Virus record (IMG/VR): IMGVR_UViG_3300033076_000897
Location: 32,888 to 96,887 of that record
Origin: a virus
Taxonomy: Duplodnaviria; Caudoviricetes
Reading direction: 5' to 3' (one strand)
DNA: 64,000 bases
In this document: positions 48,794-57,750 of the stretch, in pieces
How the letters are laid out: every line of letters begins with the position of its first letter
How positions within the stretch are numbered: the first letter of the stretch is position 1
Notes under the pieces: generated by a model
Database searches by the model: none
What the model saw: only the letters and a program-made list of their open reading frames with translations
What the model was told of the DNA's origin: nothing
Position numbers and translations under genes: made by a program

Positions 48794-49723
48794 TTATACG
48801 ACGCTTGTAGACATAGTTTCATTGATGTAACGAAACAGTGCTAATTCTTTTGCTTTGGCTTCGATTTCTACGTCAAGGTCCAAACCGTAATCGTCGATGT
48901 GATCGTACAAGTAATCGGCATGTGCTCGCTTGTTGGTTTGCGAAGCGTCCTCATGAATGGTCTTACAAGATGAGAAGTGAACAAGTTGACGAACACCCTT
49001 TGGCCAACTCTTAGAAGCCAATCGCAAAGCTTGCTGTTGTGATAAAACACCCGGATGACACCAGTGGTGATGATAGTCAAACGTGATTGGAACCTTGATA
49101 ACAGAATAGACATGTTCGTACAAATCTTCGACAGTATACTGAGATTCCTTGTCGTCGTTTTCTACAACCAATCTAGACTGAACAGATTTATTGAGCAGCA
49201 TAAAGTTAGCACAGAATCTCTTCATGGCATCTTCTTTGTTGGGTGCAGTAGTATTAACGTGGATATTGATAGCAGCATACGGTGTACGTGGTAGCTCCAA
49301 AAGATCCATGATTTCGCCATGTTGATTAAGATCCTTGATGGTTTTTTTGACTACGTCCATGTTAGCAGAAGCCAAAACAGAGAAAGGACCAGGATGGAAA
49401 GTCAAACGCTGACCGTATTGACGAGCCAATGTGCCTGCACCTTTAAGAACGTTTTTGATCTTTTCGTAATCAGGTAAATCTTTAAGCTCGTATTCGCTGC
49501 ACCATGGAAACATGTCGGAACTCATACGATAAAGCTTGATACCATTAGCATGATTCCATTTGATGATTTCCACCATGTCCTTGACATTAGCCAAAGCCAA
49601 TTCGCTAGCGTAAGCAATACCCTTTTCGCCAAAGGTTTTCTTGATCATGCCTCGGCCGATCGTGACCTTGCGTTCCTTTTGCAAAGTCATATTGATACAA
49701 CAGTACCCTAAATTTATCGCCAT
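48794..49723 (-). CDS. uvsE: UV damage endonuclease (UVDE/UvsE)
   Basis: LGYCCIN, YRMSSDMFP, RLTFHPGPF, RLVVENDD, FDYHHH, HADY and EAKAKE. Confidence 0.93.
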   Translation of the reverse strand: MAINLGYCCINMTLQKERKVTIGRGMIKKTFGEKGIAYASELALANVKDMVEIIKWNHANGIKLYRMSSDMFPWCSEYELKDLPDYEKIKNVLKGAGTLARQYGQRLTFHPGPFSVLASANMDVVKKTIKDLNQHGEIMDLLELPRTPYAAINIHVNTTAPNKEDAMKRFCANFMLLNKSVQSRLVVENDDKESQYTVEDLYEHVYSVIKVPITFDYHHHWCHPGVLSQQQALRLASKSWPKGVRQLVHFSSCKTIHEDASQTNKRAHADYLYDHIDDYGLDLDVEIEAKAKELALFRYINETMSTSVV

Positions 49724-49739
49724 AATAGTTATATGTTAA

Positions 49740-50159
49740 TTAGTCCCACTGTTTTTCGAACTGATACCAGTGATCAGCTTCGGCACAGTCGCGCATTCCT
49801 TCCAAAATCAAGGCATCCATTTCTTTGCCACCGATATTGTTTACTGTATTTTCTATCAATTTTACGATCTCAACGAACTGTTCTGGAGAAGCATTATGAG
49901 CAGGCCAACTAGTGTTAGTCACTTGCTGAATAGCAGCTTCGTAAAGTCCAGAGCATATACGATCAGCGATTCGTTCGTCGTCTTTAAACCTTGGACCAGG
50001 ATAGTAATTGCCAGGAGGCATCATTTCAAAAATATCGTCATGTCGCATTCGAAAGACAGAGATTGCTGTTTGAATGATTCCGCGAACACTAAGGGTTGCA
50101 TTTCCGTAGCCTCCAGTGAGACCGTTACACTTGACGTTTTCGATTTTAATTGTATTCAT
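49740..50159 (-). CDS. Hypothetical early protein
   Basis: 139-aa ORF behind a TATATTTA promoter module. Confidence 0.6.
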   Translation of the reverse strand: MNTIKIENVKCNGLTGGYGNATLSVRGIIQTAISVFRMRHDDIFEMMPPGNYYPGPRFKDDERIADRICSGLYEAAIQQVTNTSWPAHNASPEQFVEIVKLIENTVNNIGGKEMDALILEGMRDCAEADHWYQFEKQWD

Positions 50160-50228
50160 GTTTTCTAATTGATTAACTATGTAAATATACTAAATTCTTT
50201 TGATCTGGAAAAATAAAGTTACGAACAA

Positions 50229-50591
50229 TTAGATGTACATAGACTCTTCGTAATTGTGCTTAGCGATCTTTACCGCATCGAAATCGTAGTTTCTCCAGCA
50301 GAATTTGTAAAGATCCAAAGAGTGACGTTGACCGTGATCCTTACCGTACATTTTATAAGGTTCCTCAATCACTACTCGTTTGTCGCTGATAGAAATGATG
50401 CGACCAACATACTTAAGATTGTAAGAGTCATACTCTGCACTGTCACCTATATTGAATGTGTTGGTCAATTGACCGTGCTTGTAAACAGAGATTGATTTGT
50501 TTTTAACGACTTCAACAGCAAACTCAGTTGCTTTAGCAGGATAAACTACTCCGAATCGTTGACGAGCTTTGGTAAAAATTTGTTGTTTCAT
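50229..50591 (-). CDS. Hypothetical early protein
   Basis: 120-aa ORF (GDSAEYDSYNLKYVGRI) behind a TATATTTA promoter module. Confidence 0.65.
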   Translation of the reverse strand: MKQQIFTKARQRFGVVYPAKATEFAVEVVKNKSISVYKHGQLTNTFNIGDSAEYDSYNLKYVGRIISISDKRVVIEEPYKMYGKDHGQRHSLDLYKFCWRNYDFDAVKIAKHNYEESMYI

Positions 50592-50664
50592 TGATCTGAT
50601 TTTTAATTACAATGTAAATATACAACAAATTTTTGAACTGGAACATAGGCCCCCTAAAAATTTT

Positions 50665-50865
50665 TCAATTTTTTTTCGATTTCAGCAACGAGATGGTAAC
50701 CAATAAGACAAAAATAGGCCATAACGTAATGATACCCAATCGATCAAGCGTGGTTAGTTCTTGTGTTCCCTCTGGATCAATTTTCTTAGACAGATGCGAC
50801 AGATAGTCTGTAGCCATAGAGAATAGCATGCCTATAAGCATGTAAGACGAAATTAATTGTAGCAT
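50665..50865 (-). CDS. Small membrane protein
   Basis: Two hydrophobic helices. Confidence 0.5.
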   Translation of the reverse strand: MLQLISSYMLIGMLFSMATDYLSHLSKKIDPEGTQELTTLDRLGIITLWPIFVLLVTISLLKSKKN

Positions 50866-50866
50866 G

Positions 50867-51820
50867 TTACTTTTTTACTTCAAACCTTTCAGGATCTAAC
50901 TCCAAGGTCTTTTTGATCATGTAATCAGAATAGTTCTTCAACTTGTCTGAAGTAGCTTGATCAACTCCTCGACCGTAGAAATCCTTAAAGATTTGTTGGT
51001 ACAACTGAACAGTACTGTCGAATGGCACACCAGGTTGAGCGTTAGATTCGATAACATAGAGCTTCCCGTTCTTGTCCTCCATCACATCGAAAGTGATGTA
51101 AGGTAAATCCTTGAACATGTCACAGTACTTCTTAATAAGCTCATTGTATTTGGGAGCTAATTTAGCTGGATCCCTTAAAATGTATTTGAACATCATTTGT
51201 TCGTCACCCTTGCCATCACCAGATTTGGCTTTTCCGTTCATCGGAATTCTTTCCATCCAGTACATTGGTTGACCGTTAAAATTGATGATCCTGTGTTCGG
51301 ACTTTTTGTCCACGTATTGGCTATATAAATCCAAAGCCTCATGATCGGCTTTATCAAAATCTTTCTGATTTTTGAAGATCTGAATACCCAAACCGCTATG
51401 GCCACCCTTAGGCTTAGCGATCATAGGGAATCCGATCTTTTTCACAGCCTCATCCTTCGAGTAAACTGTCAGGGGAATGTTTTCGTCCCCGTCTACGATC
51501 TTGTGAAATTCGACTTTGGATCCTGATTGTTTGATAAACTCAGGCTTGTTGTAAACGTTTTCCAGTTTAATTAAGCCCTTGTCCAAAAGAACCTTTGTTA
51601 CTTTGCTGTTGTAATTCAACACTGGGTAATTAGGGTTGATGTCCATCTTCTTGTAGTTATCAAGTGTGATTTGTACAAAGAAGTTGTCGCCAGCAAAGTC
51701 CTTATAAGACCACCATCTGTGACCGCTCTTTGGATCGATCGCCAAATAGACTTTATACAAATCCTTTGGATCGTTCTCCTTTTTTTCGTTCAGAAATTCT
51801 TGTAGTCTTAAAAGCTTCAT
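50867..51820 (-). CDS. ATP-grasp (RimK/D-Ala-ligase-like) peptide ligase
   Basis: GFPMIAKPKGGHSGLGI, SEHRI, FDVM and YVIESNAQPG motifs. True start is probably MKLLRLQEFLNE (51820), directly after GATATATA. Confidence 0.8.
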   Translation of the reverse strand: MKLLRLQEFLNEKKENDPKDLYKVYLAIDPKSGHRWWSYKDFAGDNFFVQITLDNYKKMDINPNYPVLNYNSKVTKVLLDKGLIKLENVYNKPEFIKQSGSKVEFHKIVDGDENIPLTVYSKDEAVKKIGFPMIAKPKGGHSGLGIQIFKNQKDFDKADHEALDLYSQYVDKKSEHRIINFNGQPMYWMERIPMNGKAKSGDGKGDEQMMFKYILRDPAKLAPKYNELIKKYCDMFKDLPYITFDVMEDKNGKLYVIESNAQPGVPFDSTVQLYQQIFKDFYGRGVDQATSDKLKNYSDYMIKKTLELDPERFEVKK

Positions 51821-51830
51821 ACGGTATATA

Positions 51831-52280
51831 TCAGGCTTGTAAAAAGGCCAATACTTTTTCCCAGTTTTCGAAACCAGGTTGTCCAAAGTGGATATGAGTT
51901 CCTTTGAATTCTCCTGCACCGTTTTTAGTACGGTCATCGATCAAGAAGTCTCCCATCAGTAAGTCTTTACGGTGACTTAAGATCAATCGTTTGTGAGCCA
52001 ACTTACCCAAGTGCTTTTGAACCCAACGACGCTTAGAAGACCAAGAGGTCGGGTTGCTCCATGGAGCAGTACTTAAGAAGAAGATCTCGTACTTTTCGTT
52101 TAATCTCTTAACAGCTTCAATAGAGCCTTCGATCGGATCAGGATCCTCAAACAACTCTTTGTCGACTGAAGTCAACATACCCAATTTTTCGATAGCTTTT
52201 GGACCGTGACGACGGACCGCATGAGCTTCAAGATCTACCATAACTCCGTCAAGGTCGATGTATACAATTTGTTTTTCCAT
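51831..52280 (-). CDS. 5'(3')-deoxyribonucleotidase (HAD, NT5C family)
   Basis: YIDLDGV, LSTAPW, KDLLMGDFLIDD. Confidence 0.88.
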   Translation of the reverse strand: MEKQIVYIDLDGVMVDLEAHAVRRHGPKAIEKLGMLTSVDKELFEDPDPIEGSIEAVKRLNEKYEIFFLSTAPWSNPTSWSSKRRWVQKHLGKLAHKRLILSHRKDLLMGDFLIDDRTKNGAGEFKGTHIHFGQPGFENWEKVLAFLQA

Positions 52281-52300
52281 GTCTTTCTTTAATTACTTTA

Positions 52301-52308
52301 CAAATATA
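52301..52308 (-). promoter_or_regulatory. Bacteroidota-type -7 promoter element TATATTTG (early promoter). Also at 57977; TATATTTA variants at 50182, 50615, 53336, 57595
   Basis: Matches the TAnnTTTG consensus of the Bacteroidota primary sigma factor; each lies about 20-26 nt upstream of a small-gene ATG. Confidence 0.7.
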
Positions 52309-52367
52309 CAAAAAAAGCCCGAATTAAAAAAATCCGGGCTCACTTTTTTTTCGCTAGTTGCGAACAA

Positions 52368-52778
52368 TTACACTGTGTGTTCCCATTGAACTCTAACACA
52401 ATTTTGAGGTAAGCGATTGATGTGTCTGTAATTGTTGATGTAACCCATCATGTTTGCGCTACCCACTGCGTTAGCAGAGTGAACTACTACTTCAACAATA
52501 GGTTTGCCATCCATCCACTGATTGACCAACCATTTGGTGCAGTCCATTCCGGTCTTTTCAGTGATGTTGTCATAATTTATCTCGTAATTTTTGACTACAC
52601 CATGTAACCACTCTTTCATTGCGCTATCACCTAAATCGTGATCCAATGAAATTAGTTCAATGTTCTCTAGACCAACTTCGTTGATCTTCTGAACAAACTC
52701 ATCGTAAGATCTTACAACTGTCCAAGTTGGATCCACCGGAGTTCTTACGTCGTCCAAATAGATTTTAAACTTAGTCAT
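52368..52778 (-). CDS. Cyclic-phosphate-processing receiver-like domain protein
   Basis: IYLDDVR, ISLDHDLG, TGMDC and HSANAVG motifs; start MTKFK at 52778. Confidence 0.75.
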   Translation of the reverse strand: MTKFKIYLDDVRTPVDPTWTVVRSYDEFVQKINEVGLENIELISLDHDLGDSAMKEWLHGVVKNYEINYDNITEKTGMDCTKWLVNQWMDGKPIVEVVVHSANAVGSANMMGYINNYRHINRLPQNCVRVQWEHTV

Positions 52779-52989
52779 TTTTCTTAACGTTAGAGTTTTT
52801 GAACAAAGTACCAAACAAGAAGATCAAACCTAAAGCCTGAAAAAAGCCAATCTCGTTTACGCCGTTGACTGCAGGAACCAAACATCCGTTCCATAAAAGT
52901 TGTACTGGCCATGCTAATATAACTGCTGCCAATGCTAAAGCCATCAATGCGGCTAAAAAGGTTCCCATGATTTTTGCTACGTTTTCCAT
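52771..52989 (-). CDS. Small membrane protein
   Basis: LLWN...IGFFQALGL pattern; two TM segments. Confidence 0.6.
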   Translation of the reverse strand: MENVAKIMGTFLAALMALALAAVILAWPVQLLWNGCLVPAVNGVNEIGFFQALGLIFLFGTLFKNSNVKKND

Positions 52990-52995
52990 TTGTTT

Positions 52996-53316
52996 TTATT
53001 TTAAATTATTAATGAATTTTAAGGCTGATTCCATGCGGTCCATTTTTTCTTGAGCCACATGAACTTGTAGAGGGTGAAAATCCTCTGGGTTATCAAGAAC
53101 ACAATCATCGTGTGAACTAGTGTACCATGCGATCAAACATTCAGCTTCTTCTGGAGTGTAGATTTGTGTACGTCTATTGATTAATTCAGCAGCCTGAGTC
53201 AATCCTCGTTCATCTGCTTCTTCACTACCACCGATCATATCCAAATATTCAGTGATTTCTTTCTTGATAGCATGTTTTCTAATCTTCAAATCGTTGTAAA
53301 GGTGTACTTTTGTCAT
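52996..53316 (-). CDS. Hypothetical early protein
   Basis: 106-aa ORF behind a TATATTTA promoter. Confidence 0.6.
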   Translation of the reverse strand: MTKVHLYNDLKIRKHAIKKEITEYLDMIGGSEEADERGLTQAAELINRRTQIYTPEEAECLIAWYTSSHDDCVLDNPEDFHPLQVHVAQEKMDRMESALKFINNLK

Positions 53317-53390
53317 GTTCTTTTTAATTATACTGTAAATATACTAAATTCCAGTGACAAAAAAAAATCTGGAGTGAAATATTTTCAAAA

Positions 53391-53735
53391 TTATTTCCAA
53401 AAAAGCTGTACACAGAGAAGAATTGTAGCCAACCCTAAAGAAACCAATGTCTTGGTATTCATGCCTTCGTTCATGATGAAATAAGTCAGAACCGAGAAGG
53501 CCAACATACCAGTAGCGAAGCCAATGAATCTTCCTGGCCAGAGTTGGCCATCGTAATAAGTTACTAACATTCTAGTTGCTACAATAAAGGTGTAACTGAT
53601 GATCACTCCGCCCACTAGCGAAACAATCAGCGGATTCTTTTTGATCCAAGGCCAAACAAATTGCCCGTTAGTCTGAAACCAAACAAGCGATTGCCCAAAG
53701 AAAAAAAGTAATATGCCTAAGATTAGATTTCTCAA
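53391..53735 (-). CDS. Four-TM small membrane protein (SMR/DMT-like)
   Basis: Four hydrophobic helices in 114 aa. Confidence 0.55.
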   Translation of the reverse strand: MRNLILGILLFFFGQSLVWFQTNGQFVWPWIKKNPLIVSLVGGVIISYTFIVATRMLVTYYDGQLWPGRFIGFATGMLAFSVLTYFIMNEGMNTKTLVSLGLATILLCVQLFWK

Positions 53736-54352
53736 AACAGGGAAGAGGTTTTGGTTAGCATGTGACTAATGAAACTTGGACGGTGGTGTTCTGATGGACC
53801 CAATTGCTCGATAGCATCTCGGTGTTGTTTGGTTCCATAACCTTTGTTTGATCCCCATCCGTAAGCTTCGTTGTTCACTGCATGCTCCTTCATCCAATCG
53901 TCTCTGTAAGTTTTGGCCAAAATAGAAGCTGCAGCAATAGAAGTGTATTTGTTGTCACCTCCCACAACTGTAGCAAACGGTATGCCATTGAATCCGTGGA
54001 ACTGATCGCCGTCAACTAAGATAAAATCAAAGCTAACTTTTTTGTGAACCTCCTCAAGAGACTGGTGCATACCCAACATGGTAGCCTTTAAGATGTTTAA
54101 TTCTTCGATCTTTTCTACTGGAATGTGAACAACGTGCCAAGCGATAGCATTGTCTAAAACAATCTTTCTTGCCTTTGCTCGATCCCCTTCCGATAAGAGT
54201 TTAGAATCTTTTATAAGTGGATGCTGAAAACCATGGGGCATGATGCATGCAGCCACAGTTACAGGTCCTGCCAGTGCTCCTCGACCAGCCTCATCAACGC
54301 CGACTTCGACGCCAGTTTCGTTGTAGTATCCTTTTAAAAGTATTTGTGCCAT
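53732..54352 (-). CDS. rnhB: Ribonuclease HII
   Basis: GVDEAGRGALAGPV, DSKLL, DG, SIAAASILAK, NKGYGT and HRPSF; start MAQIL at 54352. Confidence 0.95.
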   Translation of the reverse strand: MAQILLKGYYNETGVEVGVDEAGRGALAGPVTVAACIMPHGFQHPLIKDSKLLSEGDRAKARKIVLDNAIAWHVVHIPVEKIEELNILKATMLGMHQSLEEVHKKVSFDFILVDGDQFHGFNGIPFATVVGGDNKYTSIAAASILAKTYRDDWMKEHAVNNEAYGWGSNKGYGTKQHRDAIEQLGPSEHHRPSFISHMLTKTSSLF

Positions 54353-54357
54353 GATAG

Positions 54358-54385
54358 TTATACACCATGGCACAAATCAGTTTCA
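54358..54385 (-). promoter_or_regulatory. AAAC-N17-TATAA promoter-like motif upstream of rnhB
   Basis: TGAAAC-TGATTTGTGCCATGGTG-TATAAC. Confidence 0.65.
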
Positions 54386-55084
54386 TTTTTCGTTGTCAGA
54401 CTTCCACTTTTCGTAGCGATGAACGATGTCCTGTAAGATTTTGGCTCTTACGATGTCGCTTTCGCCGAAGATGTGAGTACCTATTCCCTTGATTCCAGTC
54501 ATCAACTTCATGAATTCTGGTAGAGCAACTTTGCTCTTAGCGATATCGTACTGACTCACGTCACCTGCAACGATGACTTTAGAGTTTTGACCCATACGAG
54601 TTACAAAAAGCATCAACTGTTTGAAGTCTGCGTTTTGTGCTTCGTCTAGGATCATTAAAGCATCATCAAAGGTGTCACCTCTCATGTACGCTAATGGTTG
54701 AAATTCGATCAGACCTTTACCGAACATATCGTGTGTTGCGCTCCAACCGATTATTTTTTCAATGTTAGATTTGTAAGATTTTAAGTAGGGTTCTACCTTT
54801 TCGTCTACTGTGCCTGGTAAGAATCCAAGCTTTTCGCCAGCCTCTTGAATGGGTTTACAAAGGATGACTTTTTTGATTTCTTTCTTTTGTAGCAGTTCCA
54901 AAGCCGCTAAGCAGGCCGTGAAAGTTTTAGAGCTACCTGCTGGCCCATAACAAAACGTGATGTCGTTGTTTAAGATTGTGTCCAGATATTTTTTTTGATT
55001 TTGTCTAAGAGTTATATTCTTTAGTGAATCTCTTTGATCTTGTGCTTTCGATGAACGTGCACTTTTTCTCTGGTTTCCTGTCAT
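54383..55084 (-). CDS. phoH: PhoH family ATPase
   Basis: GPAGSSKT, GEKLGFLPG, LAYMRG, ILDEAQN, TRMG and GDVSQ. Confidence 0.95.
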   Translation of the reverse strand: MTGNQRKSARSSKAQDQRDSLKNITLRQNQKKYLDTILNNDITFCYGPAGSSKTFTACLAALELLQKKEIKKVILCKPIQEAGEKLGFLPGTVDEKVEPYLKSYKSNIEKIIGWSATHDMFGKGLIEFQPLAYMRGDTFDDALMILDEAQNADFKQLMLFVTRMGQNSKVIVAGDVSQYDIAKSKVALPEFMKLMTGIKGIGTHIFGESDIVRAKILQDIVHRYEKWKSDNEK

Positions 55085-55103
55085 ATATTGGTTTTGTTTA
55101 TTG

Positions 55104-55391
55104 TTAATCTCCGAACTCTATTACTTCAGCTCGAAGCTTTGCTAATTTAGCACATTTTTCGTACTCTTCTATTTCTTCAAAATACCTGATGAGAATGTCG
55201 AGATAGAGACTTCTTTGACCTATACCGTGTGGAATTTGCACGATTTGTTTACCTTCTTGGAAAACAACAAAGCGATTGATAGTCTTAGTAAAATTCTTGG
55301 TGAGAATGTAGTAGGATGCTCTCATCATAGCATCTCTGTCGTCTCTTGAAATGAAGCCTTCCACTTTTTGCGTTTCTGTTTTTGCGTTCAT
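55104..55391 (-). CDS. Small protein with C-terminal UVR-like YEKC motif
   Basis: YFEEIEEYEKCAKL; start MNAK (55391) after AATATATA. Confidence 0.6.
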   Translation of the reverse strand: MNAKTETQKVEGFISRDDRDAMMRASYYILTKNFTKTINRFVVFQEGKQIVQIPHGIGQRSLYLDILIRYFEEIEEYEKCAKLAKLRAEVIEFGD

Positions 55392-55447
55392 ACGCCTTGA
55401 TGTATATATTGCAAAGCAGCGGACCTGTATAGTAAAAATGATAAAAT

Positions 55448-55472
55448 AAAAAAACCGCTTTTTGCGGTTTTT
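55448..55472 (-). terminator. Intrinsic terminator after rpsU
   Basis: AAAACCGC-AAAAA-GCGGTTTTTTT on the minus strand. Confidence 0.7.
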
Positions 55473-55479
55473 CAATTTT

Positions 55480-55668
55480 TTAGTCTTCTTTTTGGCTTCT
55501 AACTTGTTGCTTGTAAATAGCTTTCTTCATCACGTCTCTCTTTTCAACCGATGGTTTTTTAAACTCTTTTCGGTCTCTGAGCTGCTGAAGTTGTTTAGTT
55601 TTAGAAACTTTTCGCTTGAGATCTTTAAGGGCTTTCTCAATATTCCCGTTCACATTAATTAACAACAT
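55480..55668 (-). CDS. rpsU: Ribosomal protein bS21
   Basis: NIEKALKDLKRK...LRDRKEFKKPSVEKR...KAIYKQ; 62 aa; basic. Confidence 0.92.
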   Translation of the reverse strand: MLLINVNGNIEKALKDLKRKVSKTKQLQQLRDRKEFKKPSVEKRDVMKKAIYKQQVRSQKED

Positions 55669-55916
55669 AGCTCTTGGTATTTTTGTTTAACTTTCATAAG
55701 TTCTTTGCATTTTTCGTAGGCTTCTTGTTGCTCGTACCTTGCCAACAACATGTCTACCATGTGAATGACTTCTTCGGGTTTTGCATCGGCCCTAATCTCT
55801 CCGTTGATCAGACCTTTATAAACCATTTCAGCCATTTTTGCCGCGATCATCTCCTCTACTTCTTTAGGTAGAGAAAAACCAAATCCAGATCCATTTTCTT
55901 CCAAATCAAATAGCAT
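55659..55916 (-). CDS. Small protein with C-terminal UVR-like YEKC motif
   Basis: [13 protein letters not shown]. Confidence 0.6.
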   Translation of the reverse strand: MLFDLEENGSGFGFSLPKEVEEMIAAKMAEMVYKGLINGEIRADAKPEEVIHMVDMLLARYEQQEAYEKCKELMKVKQKYQELCC

Positions 55917-56706
55917 TTTTTATCTCCTTTATAAGTTTAATTTGTTGCTCGTTCAAAATAGGATAGTTTGCATTGATCTTACACATTAGGGCTCCTCTCA
56001 TTCCGTTTCTCGATGGCATGCCTTTGTCCTTGATTCTTAAAACTTTTCCTGGTCTTGACCCTTCAGGAATCTTAATATTTAACTTTCCGTCTGGATGATC
56101 TATCATACAATCACAACCCATCATAACGTCCCACCAATCTGCAAATATGTCGACCCAAATATCCAATCCATTCACAACAAAATGAGAATCAGGTAAGACC
56201 TGAATATTGATGATCACATCACCTCTTGGTGCAGAATGGTTGTATGGATTGCTTTGACCTTGACCAGCTACTCGTAAAGAAGCTCCATTAGAAACACCAG
56301 CTGGAATGCTAACTATAAATTCTCCAGCACCAAGATCTATATTTTTTCGACAACCTCTGTAACTCTCTTCGAAAGTTAGTGTCATTTGAACTCTAACATC
56401 TGGACCCTTAGCATTTGGATTTCTTCGGTTACCAAACATTTGTTCAAATATGTCAGAAAAGTTACCACTATCGTTCCATGTTCTAAAAAAGTTTGGATCA
56501 GAGAATGGATCCCTTCGTTTAGCATCGTAAGCTTGTCTCGAGTTTTCGTTGCCCAGGGTTTCATAAGCCAATGCAACCTCTTTAAACTTGTCGTCTTGAC
56601 CAGAATTTCGATCAGGGTGGTATTGAAGAGCTAATTTACGGTAAGCTTTCTTGATCTCTTCTTGAGTGGCATGCTCAGGAACACCTAAAACGTCGTAATA
56701 ACTCAT
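55906..56706 (-). CDS. dnaJ: DnaJ-class (CbpA-like) co-chaperone
   Basis: YYDVLGV...[16 protein letters not shown]-domain plus C-terminal DnaJ domain; no Zn finger. Confidence 0.92.
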   Translation of the reverse strand: MSYYDVLGVPEHATQEEIKKAYRKLALQYHPDRNSGQDDKFKEVALAYETLGNENSRQAYDAKRRDPFSDPNFFRTWNDSGNFSDIFEQMFGNRRNPNAKGPDVRVQMTLTFEESYRGCRKNIDLGAGEFIVSIPAGVSNGASLRVAGQGQSNPYNHSAPRGDVIINIQVLPDSHFVVNGLDIWVDIFADWWDVMMGCDCMIDHPDGKLNIKIPEGSRPGKVLRIKDKGMPSRNGMRGALMCKINANYPILNEQQIKLIKEIKNAI

Positions 56707-56708
56707 GC

Positions 56709-56909
56709 TTAAATAGTTGGATCAGTGTTATGTGAACGCTCTGTCATCAATTTCGATATCTGTAGCATCTTCAACTTTTCTTCCAACTCTTGCATGCGTT
56801 GTTCTTGCTGAGCTTTCTTTTTGTCAACGATAGGTTTGTTGCTGGCTTCTATAGCATCAGCAATTCGGTTTAAAGCCTTGATTAGTTCTGTAGCCTTGTT
56901 GTTATCCAT
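56709..56909 (-). CDS. Hypothetical protein
   Basis: 66-aa helical ORF. Confidence 0.55.
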   Translation of the reverse strand: MDNNKATELIKALNRIADAIEASNKPIVDKKKAQQEQRMQELEEKLKMLQISKLMTERSHNTDPTI

Positions 56910-57198
56910 TGTGTCTGTTCTTTACAAGGTCCGATTCGCCGTTTTGAAAATCTTGGTACGGTAAAGATTTGTCAAGTTGACCTTTCTGTGGACCGTTTAC
57001 CATTTGTACGTTCTTGTATGGATTTGTTTCAGGATCCATACCCTGCTCTTTCAATTTCTTAGACATCCATGTGTGCATGTCCTCTACTGAACCTCCGAAC
57101 AATCTAATTCTTTCTAGTTCGGGGTTATCGGTGGCCCAATCCTTAGTTGTGCCAGCCTCCTCGTTCATAAACGATGCTAGGGATTTTACGTACTTCAT
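56902..57198 (-). CDS. Small protein with capsid-targeting-like N-terminus
   Basis: MKYVKSLASFMNEE; GATATATA directly upstream. Confidence 0.6.
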   Translation of the reverse strand: MKYVKSLASFMNEEAGTTKDWATDNPELERIRLFGGSVEDMHTWMSKKLKEQGMDPETNPYKNVQMVNGPQKGQLDKSLPYQDFQNGESDLVKNRHNG

Positions 57199-57213
57199 AA
57201 ACTATATATCAAT

Positions 57214-57236
57214 AAAAAACCCTCTTACGAGGGTTT
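57214..57236 (-). terminator. Intrinsic terminator
   Basis: AAACCCTC-GTAA-GAGGGTTTTTT (GNRA loop) on the minus strand. Confidence 0.75.
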
Positions 57237-57283
57237 AGTGAGGGCTTACACACAAGCAATGTGGTAATTGATGATACGCAGGT

Positions 57284-57574
57284 TTATTTATCTGCGTTCA
57301 AGATATTTTGTAGGACCGCGCACTTTTCGTACTGTTCATCGTTGGCAATAAACCAATCGATCATGATTTCCAAAGTCTTCTTGATCTTGGCTTTTTCTTC
57401 GTTAGGTACCTGTGACCAATTTACTCCGTTCTTAGAGAGCAGAACGTAGTTTTCTTCAACCTGTTGAGCTCTAACTTTTGCCGCTTGTTCCTGCATCTGT
57501 GCTTGTTTTTTCAGTTGGACCATTTCGTCTTCTTGATCTTCGAAAAAGTCATTGTCAAAATCTTCGTAATTCAT
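57284..57574 (-). CDS. Small protein with C-terminal UVR-like YEKC motif
   Basis: FIANDEQYEKCAVL; early-type promoter upstream. Confidence 0.6.
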   Translation of the reverse strand: MNYEDFDNDFFEDQEDEMVQLKKQAQMQEQAAKVRAQQVEENYVLLSKNGVNWSQVPNEEKAKIKKTLEIMIDWFIANDEQYEKCAVLQNILNADK

Positions 57575-57750
57575 ATTCTGTTTGTTTTACTCTGTAAATA
57601 TACTAAAAGTTTCTCAAATAAAAAAATTTCTGTATTAAATAATCACATTTATTTTTATAATTATCATAGAGCTCTTCCAGTGTGTTTCTTTCAATAAGTT
57701 ATTGGTAACATATATTAAAGACTTTTATCATCATGGTGAGCTTCTAATGA

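Noticed and set aside
50867-51937. Extended N-termini given by the ORF track (also for 43076, 53732, 55104, 57751, 58492, 60139, 61443, 62450)
   Set aside because: They overlap upstream genes or promoter motifs. Downstream ATGs fit the promoter positions or the stop/start overlaps better.
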